NCBI GenBank assembly: GCA_963802335.1
Contig: CAWDIE010000009.1
Coordinates: 111,421 to 175,420 of the forward strand
DNA length: 64,000 nucleotides
Direction of reading: 5' to 3'
Source: an uncultured Planctomycetota bacterium
GTDB taxonomy: Bacteria; Planctomycetota; PLA2; JAEUHO01
This document shows positions 9,027 to 18,952 of the stretch, piece after piece. The first letter of the stretch is position 1, and every line of letters starts with the position of its first letter. Under the pieces are notes generated by a model that did not search any database, was not told the DNA's origin, and was given only the letters and a program-made list of their open reading frames with translations. A program made the position numbers and the translations under genes.

Positions 9027-10475
9027 ATGACCACCGCGCACGTCTCCCACCCCCTCCTTGCCGGCCTTCTCCTGGCTCTGTCGTGGGCGCTGCCATCCGG
9101 CGTCGCCCGCGCGGAGGAGGCCGGTCCCTCGGCGTCGGAGAGCCCCACGCCGATCGAGGCTCCCGGCAAGAGCCCGGACGACGGCAAGAAGCCGGACGAG
9201 GCCGCACCGGCGGACCCGGCCCTGAAGCCGAATGACCCCGCAAAGCCGAACGACGCCGCGAAGCCGGTCCAGGCCGTGCAGGCGGAGGAGGCCGTGGATC
9301 CGGACGAGGATAAGGACGCGGACGAGGATGAGGACGGCGACGAGGCGCCGTGGCCGAGCCCTCTCGGCGATCCCCGTCGGGGCGAGGTCCCGGTTCCCTC
9401 CGGGGACGGTTGGAACGCGTTCCTGATGCACGACAACCGTGGCGTCGGTGTGTGGACGGTCAAGTCCTTCCCCGTGTTCGACCACCTCGCATGCCCGGAG
9501 GTCGTCGCTCTGGACGACTACGGGCGGCTCTACGTGATGGTGGACTACAGCGGCAAGTGGACGCCGGTCGAGACCGTGAACGATGGATGGTGGCTCGGTG
9601 GACTGGCGCATGGGGACGTCGACCCGCGTGTCCCCGGCGCGGAGATCTACACCGGGAGTCAGAAGGGCCGGATCTATCAGGTCATTCCGCACCGCCACGG
9701 TGCACTCGAGAGTCGCCTTCTGGCCTACCTCCCCGGCCGCGAGATCCACACCCTGGTCGTGGGGGAGCTGGATCCGCAGCACGACGGTCAGGAGATTCTC
9801 GCCTTCACGCGACCCGGAGGGCTGTTCCGGCTCACACCCGACGCAAGTCACGGGGCGTTCGTGGTCGAGCACCTCGAAGACCTCGTCGGTCGGATCCGTG
9901 ACGCCGTCATCCTCCCGGGCGAGCCCGGTACGGCGCCGCAGATCGCCACGGTGTCTCGCGATGGGCGGCTGCGCCTGCTGCAACTCACCCCCGAGGGCCC
10001 CCGGTGGGAGACCATCTACGCGGCCCCGATGGGCATGGGGCGGATCGCGATGCGGCCGCCCGCGGAGGGCTCGCCCCTCGTGCTCTACTCCACGCACGAC
10101 GACGGGCGGATCCTGCGACACGAGCGCGGCGCCACGGGAGGCTGGTCGACCGTGACCATCTACCTGGGGCCCCAAGGCGCCCGCGGCGTCGCCGCAGGAC
10201 GCTTCGGCGAGGATCCCTCCAAGGAGACCGTGGCCGTCTTCGGATACAGTCGCCGGGTCGAGATTCTCGAGCGCACCGAGGATGGGTGGCGCGTAGAGAA
10301 CGCGTTCACGGGGCTGTCGGAAGGCCACTGGCTCTGCCGGGCCGACGTGGATGGACGCAACGCAACGGACGAGCTCATCGCCTGCGGGTTCGACGGGAAG
10401 GTCTTTCTCCTTACGCGTCCGCCGGGCTTCGGTCGGAAGGAACTCGCTGCCGAGGCGCCGTCACCGGCGCGTTGA
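9027..10475 (+). CDS. secreted hypothetical protein with acidic low-complexity region and FG-GAP-like repeats
   Basis: Signal peptide MTTAHVSHPLLAGLLLALSWALPSGVARA. An acidic KP/D/E-rich linker is followed by repeated GxFG and DGxxxIL beta-strand-like motifs. Confidence 0.65.
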   Translation: MTTAHVSHPLLAGLLLALSWALPSGVARAEEAGPSASESPTPIEAPGKSPDDGKKPDEAAPADPALKPNDPAKPNDAAKPVQAVQAEEAVDPDEDKDADEDEDGDEAPWPSPLGDPRRGEVPVPSGDGWNAFLMHDNRGVGVWTVKSFPVFDHLACPEVVALDDYGRLYVMVDYSGKWTPVETVNDGWWLGGLAHGDVDPRVPGAEIYTGSQKGRIYQVIPHRHGALESRLLAYLPGREIHTLVVGELDPQHDGQEILAFTRPGGLFRLTPDASHGAFVVEHLEDLVGRIRDAVILPGEPGTAPQIATVSRDGRLRLLQLTPEGPRWETIYAAPMGMGRIAMRPPAEGSPLVLYSTHDDGRILRHERGATGGWSTVTIYLGPQGARGVAAGRFGEDPSKETVAVFGYSRRVEILERTEDGWRVENAFTGLSEGHWLCRADVDGRNATDELIACGFDGKVFLLTRPPGFGRKELAAEAPSPAR

Positions 10476-10505
10476 CCTTCCAGGGCCTCCACGCAGAATG
10501 GGCGC

Positions 10506-11081
10506 GTGGAGATCTACGACGGCGTCAAGTTCGAGACCCGCTTCGTCGAGCGCCGGCCGCCCGACGCGGAGTCGGCTCATGCCCTGCTCGGCTGGTGCCG
10601 AGCCTTCCTCGCGCACGGGTTCGCCACGGCGACGGAGGCGTCCGGCAATCTCAGCTGTCGATGGGGCGGCGGCATGATCATCACACCGACGCACGTCTCC
10701 TTCGCCGACCTCCAGGTCGAGGACCTCGTCGAGGTCGTGTCGCTCGAGCCGCACCCCGGTCCGGTTTCGGTGCGTGGGACGCGGGAGCCCAGCTCCGAGG
10801 TGCGGATGCACGCGGCGATCTACGGCGCGCGGCCCGACGTCCAGGCGGTGTTCCACGGCCACGCGGCCGCCATCGTAGCGAAAGGCGAGGAGGGTGCCTT
10901 TCCCTGCACCGCCACCGAACTGCCCTACGGAACCGACGCGTTGGCCCAAGCGGCCGTGGCGCTGGCCCGCTCGGAGCCCTTCTTCGTCCTCCGAAACCAC
11001 GGGTTCGTCGCGACCGGGGCCACGATGGAGGAGGCGGGAGCGCGCTCCGTGGCTGCCGGGCGCGCCCTCGGGGAGGCCTGA
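10506..11081 (+). CDS. class II aldolase/adducin family protein
   Basis: Motifs ASGNLSCR and VFHGHAAAIVA are typical of the class II aldolase/adducin N-terminal domain. GTG start. Confidence 0.7.
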   Translation: MEIYDGVKFETRFVERRPPDAESAHALLGWCRAFLAHGFATATEASGNLSCRWGGGMIITPTHVSFADLQVEDLVEVVSLEPHPGPVSVRGTREPSSEVRMHAAIYGARPDVQAVFHGHAAAIVAKGEEGAFPCTATELPYGTDALAQAAVALARSEPFFVLRNHGFVATGATMEEAGARSVAAGRALGEA

Positions 11082-11255
11082 CGCCACGGCGTGGGCGACC
11101 CTCCCCGCGACGAACGCGGTATCCGTCGGAGGGGCCTCGGCGCTACGATCGGCGCTCCGCGGAGGCCGCCATGAACACGATCGAAGATCTCCTCGTCCGC
11201 ATCCCGGAGGCCTGGGACGACGCCCCGTCGCTGGGCTTGCTCGGACGCGAGCTCC

Positions 11256-12230
11256 ATGACCGCAATCGCCTGCGACCATGCACAGCGGATTCTGGAGCGT
11301 GTCGTCGAGCTCGACCCGAGCGATGTCGAGAGCTGGGCTCACCTCGCCTTCTGCCACTTCCGCTCGTTTCGAGGTGAGGAGGGGCTCCGTGTGCTGCGTC
11401 GTGGGCTCGAGGCGACGCAGAGCGACGACTTGAAGGGGACGTTGACGCACTTCATGAGCGCCGGCGAGGAGCAGGAGGCGCTCAAGAAAGAGCTGGAGGA
11501 CACCCAGGATCCGGGCGCGCAGGCGAGTCTCCTCGCGCATCGATTCTACGGAGGCGAGGCCGACGAGGCCTTGGAAGCGCTCCGCGCGTTGATCCGGGCG
11601 CACCCGGACGTGCGCGCACCCGCGGAGCAGTTCCTCTGGTCCGCGTTCGGTGGTGTCCACCGGGGCCTGGTGTCCGACGACGTGGTCCGAAAGGAGGCGA
11701 TCCCGCTGGCCGAGCAGTGGATCGAGCAGCGACCCGATCGGGTGTTCGCGTACTGGATGAAGCAGCAGTTGCTCGCCGCACTGAAGGACTGGGAGGGGGT
11801 CCTCGGCGAGACGGAGCGGGGCCTCGCCGTCTTCCCGGACGAGGAGACGATGATGCGCATGCGCGCGCAGGCGCTAACGGAGCTGGATCGCCCGGATGAG
11901 GCGCTGCCGTGGTTCGCCCGCGCCATCGGAGCGAAGCCCAGCTTCGTGGGGGCGCGGGTGGGGTTGGGACGCCTCTACGAGAAGCTCGACAGGCCCGACC
12001 TCGCCGAGGCCGTCTTCCGCGAGATCCCGGTGGCGAACCCGGGCTACACGTTCGGCCTGATGAGCATTGCCCTCTTCTTCGCGCGGCAGGAGCGCATGGA
12101 GGAAGCCGAGGAGGTCTTCCTCGACGCGTGGGCGAAGCTGCCGGACGACCTCCGGGAGGCCGTCCGGCACAACCCCGAGGCGTCCTCCCTCTTGGAGCGT
12201 GAGCGCGTCAAGGCCGTGGTCGAGGCCTGA
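11256..12230 (+). CDS. TPR repeat protein
   Basis: TPR-like helical repeats throughout. An upstream ATG at 11171 in another frame (MNTIEDLLVRIPEAWDD...) may be the true N-terminus, joined by a frameshift near 11243. Confidence 0.65.
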   Translation: MTAIACDHAQRILERVVELDPSDVESWAHLAFCHFRSFRGEEGLRVLRRGLEATQSDDLKGTLTHFMSAGEEQEALKKELEDTQDPGAQASLLAHRFYGGEADEALEALRALIRAHPDVRAPAEQFLWSAFGGVHRGLVSDDVVRKEAIPLAEQWIEQRPDRVFAYWMKQQLLAALKDWEGVLGETERGLAVFPDEETMMRMRAQALTELDRPDEALPWFARAIGAKPSFVGARVGLGRLYEKLDRPDLAEAVFREIPVANPGYTFGLMSIALFFARQERMEEAEEVFLDAWAKLPDDLREAVRHNPEASSLLERERVKAVVEA

Positions 12231-12245
12231 CGCGCCCGGTACAGG

Positions 12246-14186
12246 TCAAGGCGTCTCGTACGTGACCGTACCCACCCGCCGCGCGTGGCGGCCGCGTGGG
12301 GAGTGGTCCGGCGCGAAGGGGCCCACCGGGCCGTCGAGGTGGAGCAGGAGCAGCGTGTCCGGGTCCGGTTCGAACCGTCGCGTCGGCTCGAAGGAAGACA
12401 CGTCGTAGCGCGACGTCTTCGAGACGCGCACCTCGTCGATCCAGCCGCGAAATCGACCCGAAGGCCTTCCGCCCGCGTTCGGGTCGGCGCCGATGTACAG
12501 CGGCCAGGCATTCAGCTTGCGACGTCCCGTGGCTTCCCGCGTGCGGACCAGCTTGCCGTCCACGTAGAGAAAGATGGCCGAGCCGTCGTAGACACCCGCG
12601 ACGTGGTGCCAGCGATTCGGCTCGAGGAGGGGCTTGGGGCTCGCGACCGTGGCGTACCCCGAGTCGAGGTACACGGAGAACGACGGCGCGCCGTCCGACA
12701 CGAAGAGCCCGTACTCGCTCCGCTCGGTCTTGCCGATCAGCGCCCGCCGCCCGGCGTAGTCTTCGCTCCGCACCCAGCCTTCCACCGTGAAGGGGCCGTC
12801 TGGGATGCGCATGCGGAGATTCTCGACCATGAGCGCTCCGCTGCCGTCGAGTCTCAGGGCCGCGTCGCGATCCGGCTGAAAGACGGTGGGGGGGACGTCG
12901 GCGAGGACCCAATTGAGGTCCAACCGGCGCTCCGGCACGTGAATGCGCTGCGCCTCACCCAAGTAGTCCACCTGCAGGACGAGCTCGGGAAAGCGGAAGT
13001 GCTGCAGCTCCCGCTCGGGCCGGCGTCGGTAGTCGAAGTCGACCGTCTTGGTCGTGCCGGGCGGCAGGACGGCGTGTACGTGTTCCGGCGCGAAGCTCCA
13101 CGCGGGGTCCTTGGTCTCGACGTGAAGCGTTACCTCGATGGGACGCGACGTGGGGTTGGGGATCTCGATGCCGTACGTTCCTTCGCCCACGCCACGTGTA
13201 TCGAACGCGATCACCGAGTCGGAGGGGTCGGCCTGCAGCTGGCGGAGCAGGTCGATCTCGTGCAGGTGCTCGGGCGTCATGGCGCGCGGGTCGAGCACGG
13301 CATCGACGGGGATCGTGGCGATGGAAATGTCGTCCTCGCGAACCGTGACCTGGTCCATGTGATGTACGAACCCGGTGCCGGCGGACTGGAAGGGGAGGCG
13401 CCCGCCGGTCGTCGCCAGGGCGAAGTACTCGATGCCGTCCCGCTCGCCGTCGTAGCGGCGGCGGTGGATGTGACCCGCGAACACCGCCCGGACGTTCCCC
13501 GCCTCGACCAGAAGTCGGTGGACCGCGTCCCAATTGCTGCCGGGGTAGTACGTCGTGATCCACCGCGGGTGGTGCAGAAAGAGGAAGACCTGGCGATAGG
13601 ACGCGGTGGCCTTCAGGGTGGTCTCGAGCCAGGCCAATTGCGTGTCGCTGAAGCGGTTCACCCTCGCCTCACCCCAGCCCTTCTCGTTGGTCTCGGGATC
13701 GCCCTCGTCGCTGTAGAGCACGACGAAGGCCGCCTGCTTGTGGCCGAACCAGTACCAGAGGGGGCCGAAGTGCTCCTCGTAGTCCTTTTCGTGGTGCCCC
13801 CGCGGGGCCTTGCCACCGCGCCAGTAGACGTCGTGGTTTCCCGCGACCGGGTACCACGGCATCTCGAGGTGCGACATGATCTCGCGGTACGTGCGCATCT
13901 GCTCGAGCCATGGGCCCTGGCGGTTGTAGCCCGGTACGAGATCCCCGACGGTCATCACGAAGTCCGGATCGAGGAGGTTCGTGTCGCGCACCGCGCGGCG
14001 CAACACGTCGAGCCCCTCGGGCGGTCCACCCGTGCGGTCACCGAAGATCACGAAGTGAAACGACGCTTCCTTCGGCGGTAGCCCGAGTACGCGGGCCGCG
14101 GGGCGATCCGTCGCCACGTGTCCCTCATCCGCGACAAGGGGCGAAGCAAAGGCGAACAGGAGCAGGACGAGGCACGGTGTGCGCAT
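12246..14186 (-). CDS. secreted calcineurin-like metallophosphoesterase with C-terminal LamG/concanavalin-like domain
   Basis: Signal peptide MRTPCLVLLLFAFASPLVA. Metallophosphatase motifs GDRTG, GDLV, GNHD and HHP..GH. C-terminal ~200 aa resemble LamG (YLDSGYATV..WHHVAGVYDGS..LYVDGKL). Confidence 0.8.
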   Translation of the reverse strand: MRTPCLVLLLFAFASPLVADEGHVATDRPAARVLGLPPKEASFHFVIFGDRTGGPPEGLDVLRRAVRDTNLLDPDFVMTVGDLVPGYNRQGPWLEQMRTYREIMSHLEMPWYPVAGNHDVYWRGGKAPRGHHEKDYEEHFGPLWYWFGHKQAAFVVLYSDEGDPETNEKGWGEARVNRFSDTQLAWLETTLKATASYRQVFLFLHHPRWITTYYPGSNWDAVHRLLVEAGNVRAVFAGHIHRRRYDGERDGIEYFALATTGGRLPFQSAGTGFVHHMDQVTVREDDISIATIPVDAVLDPRAMTPEHLHEIDLLRQLQADPSDSVIAFDTRGVGEGTYGIEIPNPTSRPIEVTLHVETKDPAWSFAPEHVHAVLPPGTTKTVDFDYRRRPERELQHFRFPELVLQVDYLGEAQRIHVPERRLDLNWVLADVPPTVFQPDRDAALRLDGSGALMVENLRMRIPDGPFTVEGWVRSEDYAGRRALIGKTERSEYGLFVSDGAPSFSVYLDSGYATVASPKPLLEPNRWHHVAGVYDGSAIFLYVDGKLVRTREATGRRKLNAWPLYIGADPNAGGRPSGRFRGWIDEVRVSKTSRYDVSSFEPTRRFEPDPDTLLLLHLDGPVGPFAPDHSPRGRHARRVGTVTYETP

Positions 14187-14407
14187 GGGGGCGTTCCTCA
14201 GACGGGCGCATTGTGAACGTGCGCAGCGGGGCGCCCGTGAAATGGCCGTGAAGATCCTCGTGGGCCGGAGGGGCCTCCGATCGTCTTCGAGGCCGTTCGA
14301 GGCTCAAGCAGGCCCACACGCCGCGCCGAAGGAAGAAAGGAACAGCGGTTGCTGGTTCAAGCTCGACCCGACTTCTCGGGGCCACCACCGGAGGCTCGCT
14401 CGACACG

Positions 14408-15097
14408 ATGAGGTGCACGGCCTGTGGGTCGCCGCTCGCTCGCGATGCCCGCTCTTGCAGGGTATGCCGCGACGTCGTGCCGCCTCATCTCACGCTGGGC
14501 GTGGCCGACGCCTGCCGACCGGACGTGCCCTGCGGCGCCCATCACGAGCTCGGCGGGTTCTTCCTCGGTCCGACCGGCGTGCGCGAGACGGTGCGCGGCG
14601 AGTCGATTGCGGGGCTCGAGACCACGGGCGAGCAGCATGTGTTCGAGGCGACGACACCCGGTGGGGGCCGGATCCACGTGGCGTGGATCGAGTGGTGCCA
14701 CGGCGAGCGCGAGGTACGGCGTACGCGCCGCTTCGAGACGCCGTGGCGCCTGGATCGTCGACTTGGCGATCAGCGACTCGCGGTCGAGTCGTGGGGGGAG
14801 GACCACGCCTGGGTCGAGCTCGAGCAGGCGCGGCTCGAGGACTCCACGCACGCGGCGACGTACCTCGCGAGTGCGAATGAGCTCGCCCTCGGCGCCCACA
14901 CCTGCGTGCGCTGCGCCTTGCTCGGTGCGGGTGCCACCTCCGTCGGTACGCGGCAGGAACTCCTCGGTGCGCTCGACGAGCGGCGCCACTACCTCTGCGC
15001 GACCTTCCCGCGCGAGGCGAAGCGCGTCGCGGTCGCCGCCTTCCTCTTGTCCCGTGTCGCCCCGCTCCTGCACGACGTGCGCGTCAAGCGCGCCTGA
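14408..15097 (+). CDS. hypothetical protein with N-terminal zinc-ribbon motif
   Basis: CTACGS..x10..CRVC. GC3 bias is consistent with coding. Overlapping alternative-frame ORFs are Arg/Ser junk. Confidence 0.5.
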   Translation: MRCTACGSPLARDARSCRVCRDVVPPHLTLGVADACRPDVPCGAHHELGGFFLGPTGVRETVRGESIAGLETTGEQHVFEATTPGGGRIHVAWIEWCHGEREVRRTRRFETPWRLDRRLGDQRLAVESWGEDHAWVELEQARLEDSTHAATYLASANELALGAHTCVRCALLGAGATSVGTRQELLGALDERRHYLCATFPREAKRVAVAAFLLSRVAPLLHDVRVKRA

Positions 15098-15114
15098 CGC
15101 CCCGTCCGGGCCGG

Positions 15115-15897
15115 TCAGAGAAGGGCGAGTGCTTCCCTGAGGGCGGTGCGAAGGCCCTCGCGCGGCGCTTCGTAGCCCCAGTCGGTCCGCGCTCCCTGCA
15201 CGTAGATCCCCCGCGGAATCTGGTAGCAGGACAGCTCCTCGGCGTCGCAGGCGTGGTGCTCGTTGAGGACGGCGCGGTCGCCGAACTCCGCCACCACCTC
15301 GCGGACGCGCTGGGCTTCCATCTCGCTCGTGAGGCAGAAGCGGTTCCAGAAGAGATCCACCACGACCTTGTCGCGGACCGGCCGGAAGCGGTAGCTGGCC
15401 TCCAGGAGCTCAGGAGGCTCGGCATCGGCGGTGTGTCGGCGCCAGAGGACGAGCTCGACGCCGCGCTTCGTCGCGACCTCGAACCCCTGCGCCTCGAAGT
15501 AGGCCTGGGGCATGAACCACGCCTCGTGGTTGTTGGCCAAGACGCAGAGCCCCTTGCGGCCCTGGTGCTCGACCTCTTCGTCGGCTGCCTCCACGAGCGC
15601 CTGGCCCACGCCCTGGTGTTCCGCCTCCGGTCGGACGTAGAGGCAGGGGATGACCAGGAGGTCCCGACCCCGCGGGCCCCAGGGCGAACACTCGATCGGG
15701 AGGACGTAGGCGAATCCCACCGGCTCGTCGTTCAGCACGGCGACCTTCGCGCGCACGCCGTCCCCGTGAGCCGCACGCAGCCACCCGACGCGTCGTTTCG
15801 CGCAGGCATCCTGTTCCGCACTGGTCGTGGCTCGCGCGCATGCGCCGACGAACGCTTCGTCGCCCCGAGTCATGTCGCGCACCACCAGCCCGGACAT
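15115..15897 (-). CDS. GNAT family N-acetyltransferase
   Basis: Motif RPEAEHQGVGQALVEAA matches acetyl-CoA binding motif A of the GNAT family. Confidence 0.7.
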   Translation of the reverse strand: MSGLVVRDMTRGDEAFVGACARATTSAEQDACAKRRVGWLRAAHGDGVRAKVAVLNDEPVGFAYVLPIECSPWGPRGRDLLVIPCLYVRPEAEHQGVGQALVEAADEEVEHQGRKGLCVLANNHEAWFMPQAYFEAQGFEVATKRGVELVLWRRHTADAEPPELLEASYRFRPVRDKVVVDLFWNRFCLTSEMEAQRVREVVAEFGDRAVLNEHHACDAEELSCYQIPRGIYVQGARTDWGYEAPREGLRTALREALALL

Positions 15898-16064
15898 CGG
15901 TTCTCCAAGGAGTGGCCATCCTCCACCTAGAGAGTACGCAAGGGGGGCGTCACCTCAAGAGGGCCCTCGGCGAAGGGAGTGGCCACCGCCCCGTTCATTG
16001 GACAGCTTTCCCTTGGGGGGACGGCCCTCCCGTCGGACAATGCGCCCTTCCCTCCCGGAGGCCG

Positions 16065-18143
16065 ATGAACGCGTACTCCGTTTTCGCTGCGGCACCCGCA
16101 ACGGAGCGCCTGTTGGGCATTCCCGGGCCCGTTCTCCAGGGTTTGCTCCTCCTCGCGGCCGTCACGCTCTTCGCGTTCATCCTCGGCCGGCGCCTCGTCC
16201 TCCTCACCCAAGCCGCGCCGGACGATCGCCGCGGGCACGTGGGGGAGCGGCTGCGGTCACTCTTCGTCGTCGGCTTCGGTCAGTCGAGGCAGCCCCGCTA
16301 TCCGATTGCGGGAACGATTCACATTCTCATCTTTGCTGGCTTCCTCGTGCTCTTCTTCCGCTCGCTGACGTTGCTGGGTGAGGGCTTCGTCGAGGGCTTC
16401 ACCCTGCCGGGGTTCGGGGGCACGTTCGGGCAGATCTACGCCGGCGTGAAGGACTGGGTCGCGCTCACGGTGCTCGTGTGCTGTGCCGTGGCCGCCTACC
16501 GCCGGGTCGTCGTGAAGCCCGCGCGCTATCACGACCGGACCGCCACGCGGAGCCACGGCGCCGAAGGGCTCGTCATCCTGGGCATGATCGCCGTGTTGCT
16601 GCTTGCCGACGGGCTCTACGAAGGCACGGCCATGGCCGAGGCGGGCCGGCGGAGCGTAGGCCTCCCGCTGGGGAGCGCCTTCGCCGCCCTGACGGCTGGT
16701 CTCGGCGAGGGCGCGCGGAACACCCTGCACCTGGCGGGGTTCTGGATCCACAACATCGTCCTTCTCGCCTTCCTCTGCTACCTCCCTCTCTCCAAGCACT
16801 TCCACGTCATCACGGCGCTCCCCAACACGTACCTCGCCAAGCTTGCGCCGGCCGGTCGCGTGAAGCCTCCGCGCTACGGCGTCGACGACATGGACGAGCT
16901 CGAGACCCTGGGTGTCCGCCACCTCGAGGACTTCACCTGGAAGCACCTGCTCGACGCCTACAGCTGCACGGACTGTGGTCGCTGCTCGGACAACTGCCCC
17001 GCCTACGCCACCGGGACGCCACTGTCGCCGCGCATGATCAGCATCAAGACGCGCGACGAGGCCTACCGCGCCTACCCGGTGTTCGGTCGGACCATTCCCG
17101 CAGGCGATCGGCCCACGCTCGTCGGCGACATCATTCGCGACGAGGAGTTCTGGGCGTGCACCACCTGCGGGGCCTGCGAGGACGCGTGCCCCGTTCTCAT
17201 CGAGTACGTGGACAAGATCGTCGACATGCGGCGCGGCGCGGTGGACGACGGGCGCGTGCCCGCTTCGCTACAGAAGGCGCTCGCCGACATCGAGAAGAAG
17301 GGGAATCCCTACGGCAAGATGGCGCGGAAGCGTGCCGACTGGACGAAGGGTGGCGACGACGGCGCGGCCGCCGCGCGCGTTCTCAAGAAGGGCGAGCAGG
17401 CTTCCTGCCTCTTCTTCACGGACAGCTGCACGGCGTTCGATCCGCGAATCCAGCGCATCGGCCGGGCGTTCACCCGTCTCCTGGATCGTTCGGGCGTGGA
17501 CGTGGGCACCCTGGGCAAGGACGAGGTCGACTCCGGCAACGAGGTGCGGCGCATCGGCGAGGAGGGACTGTTCGAGGTCCTGCGCGACAAGAACACCGAG
17601 GCCATCGCCGAGCGGGACTGCGCGTCCGTCGTCACGAGCGATCCGCACGCGTTCAATGCGCTGCGGAACGACTACACCCTGGAGCAGCCGGTCGAGCACC
17701 ACACGCAGACCCTCGATCGCCTCCTGGCCGAGGGGCGCCTGCGCCTTCAGGGGCTCGGCGACGGCCGGACGTATACGTTCCACGATCCCTGCTACCTCGG
17801 ACGCCACAACGACGAGTACGACGCCCCACGGCGGGTACTCGACGCCATTCCCGGGCTCAAGACGGTGGAAATGGAGCGGTCCCGCAACAAGAGCTTCTGT
17901 TGCGGCGGTGGATCGCTCTACCTGTTCTACGAGGGGGAGTCCGAGCGGCGGATGGGCGAGATGCGTCTGGATATGGCGGCCGAGGCGGGCGCCGAGGTCG
18001 TCGTCACGGCGTGTCCGTTCTGCCTGATCAACCTCGAGGACGCCCTGAAGACGACCGGGCGGGCCGAGGCGATGGAAGTCATCGATCTCGCGGAGTTGGT
18101 CGAGCGCGCGGCCGCGCCGCCGTCCGCGAGCCGCGACGCGTAG
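16065..18143 (+). CDS. membrane-bound (Fe-S)-binding oxidoreductase (HdrD/GlpC-like, DUF224-type; putative ETF:quinone oxidoreductase)
   Basis: Start MNAYSVFAAAP at 16065. About 6 N-terminal TM helices, two ferredoxin motifs CTDCGRCSDNCP and CTTCGACEDACP, and two CCG domains (FCCGGG, CPFCL). It sits immediately upstream of etfBA. Confidence 0.85.
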   Translation: MNAYSVFAAAPATERLLGIPGPVLQGLLLLAAVTLFAFILGRRLVLLTQAAPDDRRGHVGERLRSLFVVGFGQSRQPRYPIAGTIHILIFAGFLVLFFRSLTLLGEGFVEGFTLPGFGGTFGQIYAGVKDWVALTVLVCCAVAAYRRVVVKPARYHDRTATRSHGAEGLVILGMIAVLLLADGLYEGTAMAEAGRRSVGLPLGSAFAALTAGLGEGARNTLHLAGFWIHNIVLLAFLCYLPLSKHFHVITALPNTYLAKLAPAGRVKPPRYGVDDMDELETLGVRHLEDFTWKHLLDAYSCTDCGRCSDNCPAYATGTPLSPRMISIKTRDEAYRAYPVFGRTIPAGDRPTLVGDIIRDEEFWACTTCGACEDACPVLIEYVDKIVDMRRGAVDDGRVPASLQKALADIEKKGNPYGKMARKRADWTKGGDDGAAAARVLKKGEQASCLFFTDSCTAFDPRIQRIGRAFTRLLDRSGVDVGTLGKDEVDSGNEVRRIGEEGLFEVLRDKNTEAIAERDCASVVTSDPHAFNALRNDYTLEQPVEHHTQTLDRLLAEGRLRLQGLGDGRTYTFHDPCYLGRHNDEYDAPRRVLDAIPGLKTVEMERSRNKSFCCGGGSLYLFYEGESERRMGEMRLDMAAEAGAEVVVTACPFCLINLEDALKTTGRAEAMEVIDLAELVERAAAPPSASRDA

Positions 18144-18163
18144 CTCGCGAGGGAAGGAGACGG

Positions 18164-18952
18164 ATGGACATCGTAGTGTGCGTCAAGCGCGTCCCCGACG
18201 TGTCGGAGGCGGATGTCGCCTTGAGACCGGATGGTCGCGGCATCGTCGACGACGACCTGACCTGGGCGACGAACGAGTGGGACGACTACGCGGTCGAGGA
18301 AGCCGTGCGTCTCAAAGAAGCGCACGGGGGCACTGTCCGTGTCCTCACCGTCGGCGACGAAGAAGCGGAGGAAGTCCTCCGTCGCGCGCTCGCCATGGGC
18401 GCCGATCGCGCCGAGCATCTGCAGGACGAGGCGTTCGATGGGTCGGACGCGCTCGGCATCGCTCGCATCCTCGCCGCGGCCATCCGGCGTGCTCCCTTCG
18501 ACCTCGTCTTCACCGGCGCGGTCACCGGTGACGACGCCGGGGCTCAGGTCGGGGGGCTGCTCGCCGCCTTGCTCGACGTCCCTCAAGTGTCCCTCGCCAC
18601 GCAGTTCACCTGGAAGGACGGCAAGGCCGAGGTTCAGCACGAGGTCGAGGGCGGGCTGGAACGCGTGGTCGAGCTCGACACGCCAGCCGTCGTCTCCGTC
18701 CAGACCGGGATCAACGAGCCTCGCTACGTCTCGATTCGCGGTATACGCAAGGTCGCCGGCGTGGACATCCCGTTGCTGGGGGCGGCCGACCTGGGCGTCG
18801 ACGCCGGCACGGTCGGTGAGGCCGGCGCCGTGGTCACGGTGGAGTCGTTCGTGTTGCCACCGACCGGGGAAGGGGCCGAGATCCTCGAGGGCAACGTCGA
18901 GGAGGCGGTTGCCACGCTGGCGCAGCGCCTGCGCGAGAAGGGGGGCATCTGA
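18164..18952 (+). CDS. etfB: electron transfer flavoprotein beta subunit
   Basis: MDIVVCVKRVPD is a typical EtfB N-terminus. An RBS ggaagga lies upstream. The stop overlaps the etfA ATG (TGATG). Confidence 0.9.
   Translation: MDIVVCVKRVPDVSEADVALRPDGRGIVDDDLTWATNEWDDYAVEEAVRLKEAHGGTVRVLTVGDEEAEEVLRRALAMGADRAEHLQDEAFDGSDALGIARILAAAIRRAPFDLVFTGAVTGDDAGAQVGGLLAALLDVPQVSLATQFTWKDGKAEVQHEVEGGLERVVELDTPAVVSVQTGINEPRYVSIRGIRKVAGVDIPLLGAADLGVDAGTVGEAGAVVTVESFVLPPTGEGAEILEGNVEEAVATLAQRLREKGGI

Noticed and set aside
16478-18952. 824-aa ORF
   Set aside because: Only the last 262 aa are EtfB. The upstream 560 aa are the +2 frame of the FeS oxidoreductase gene.
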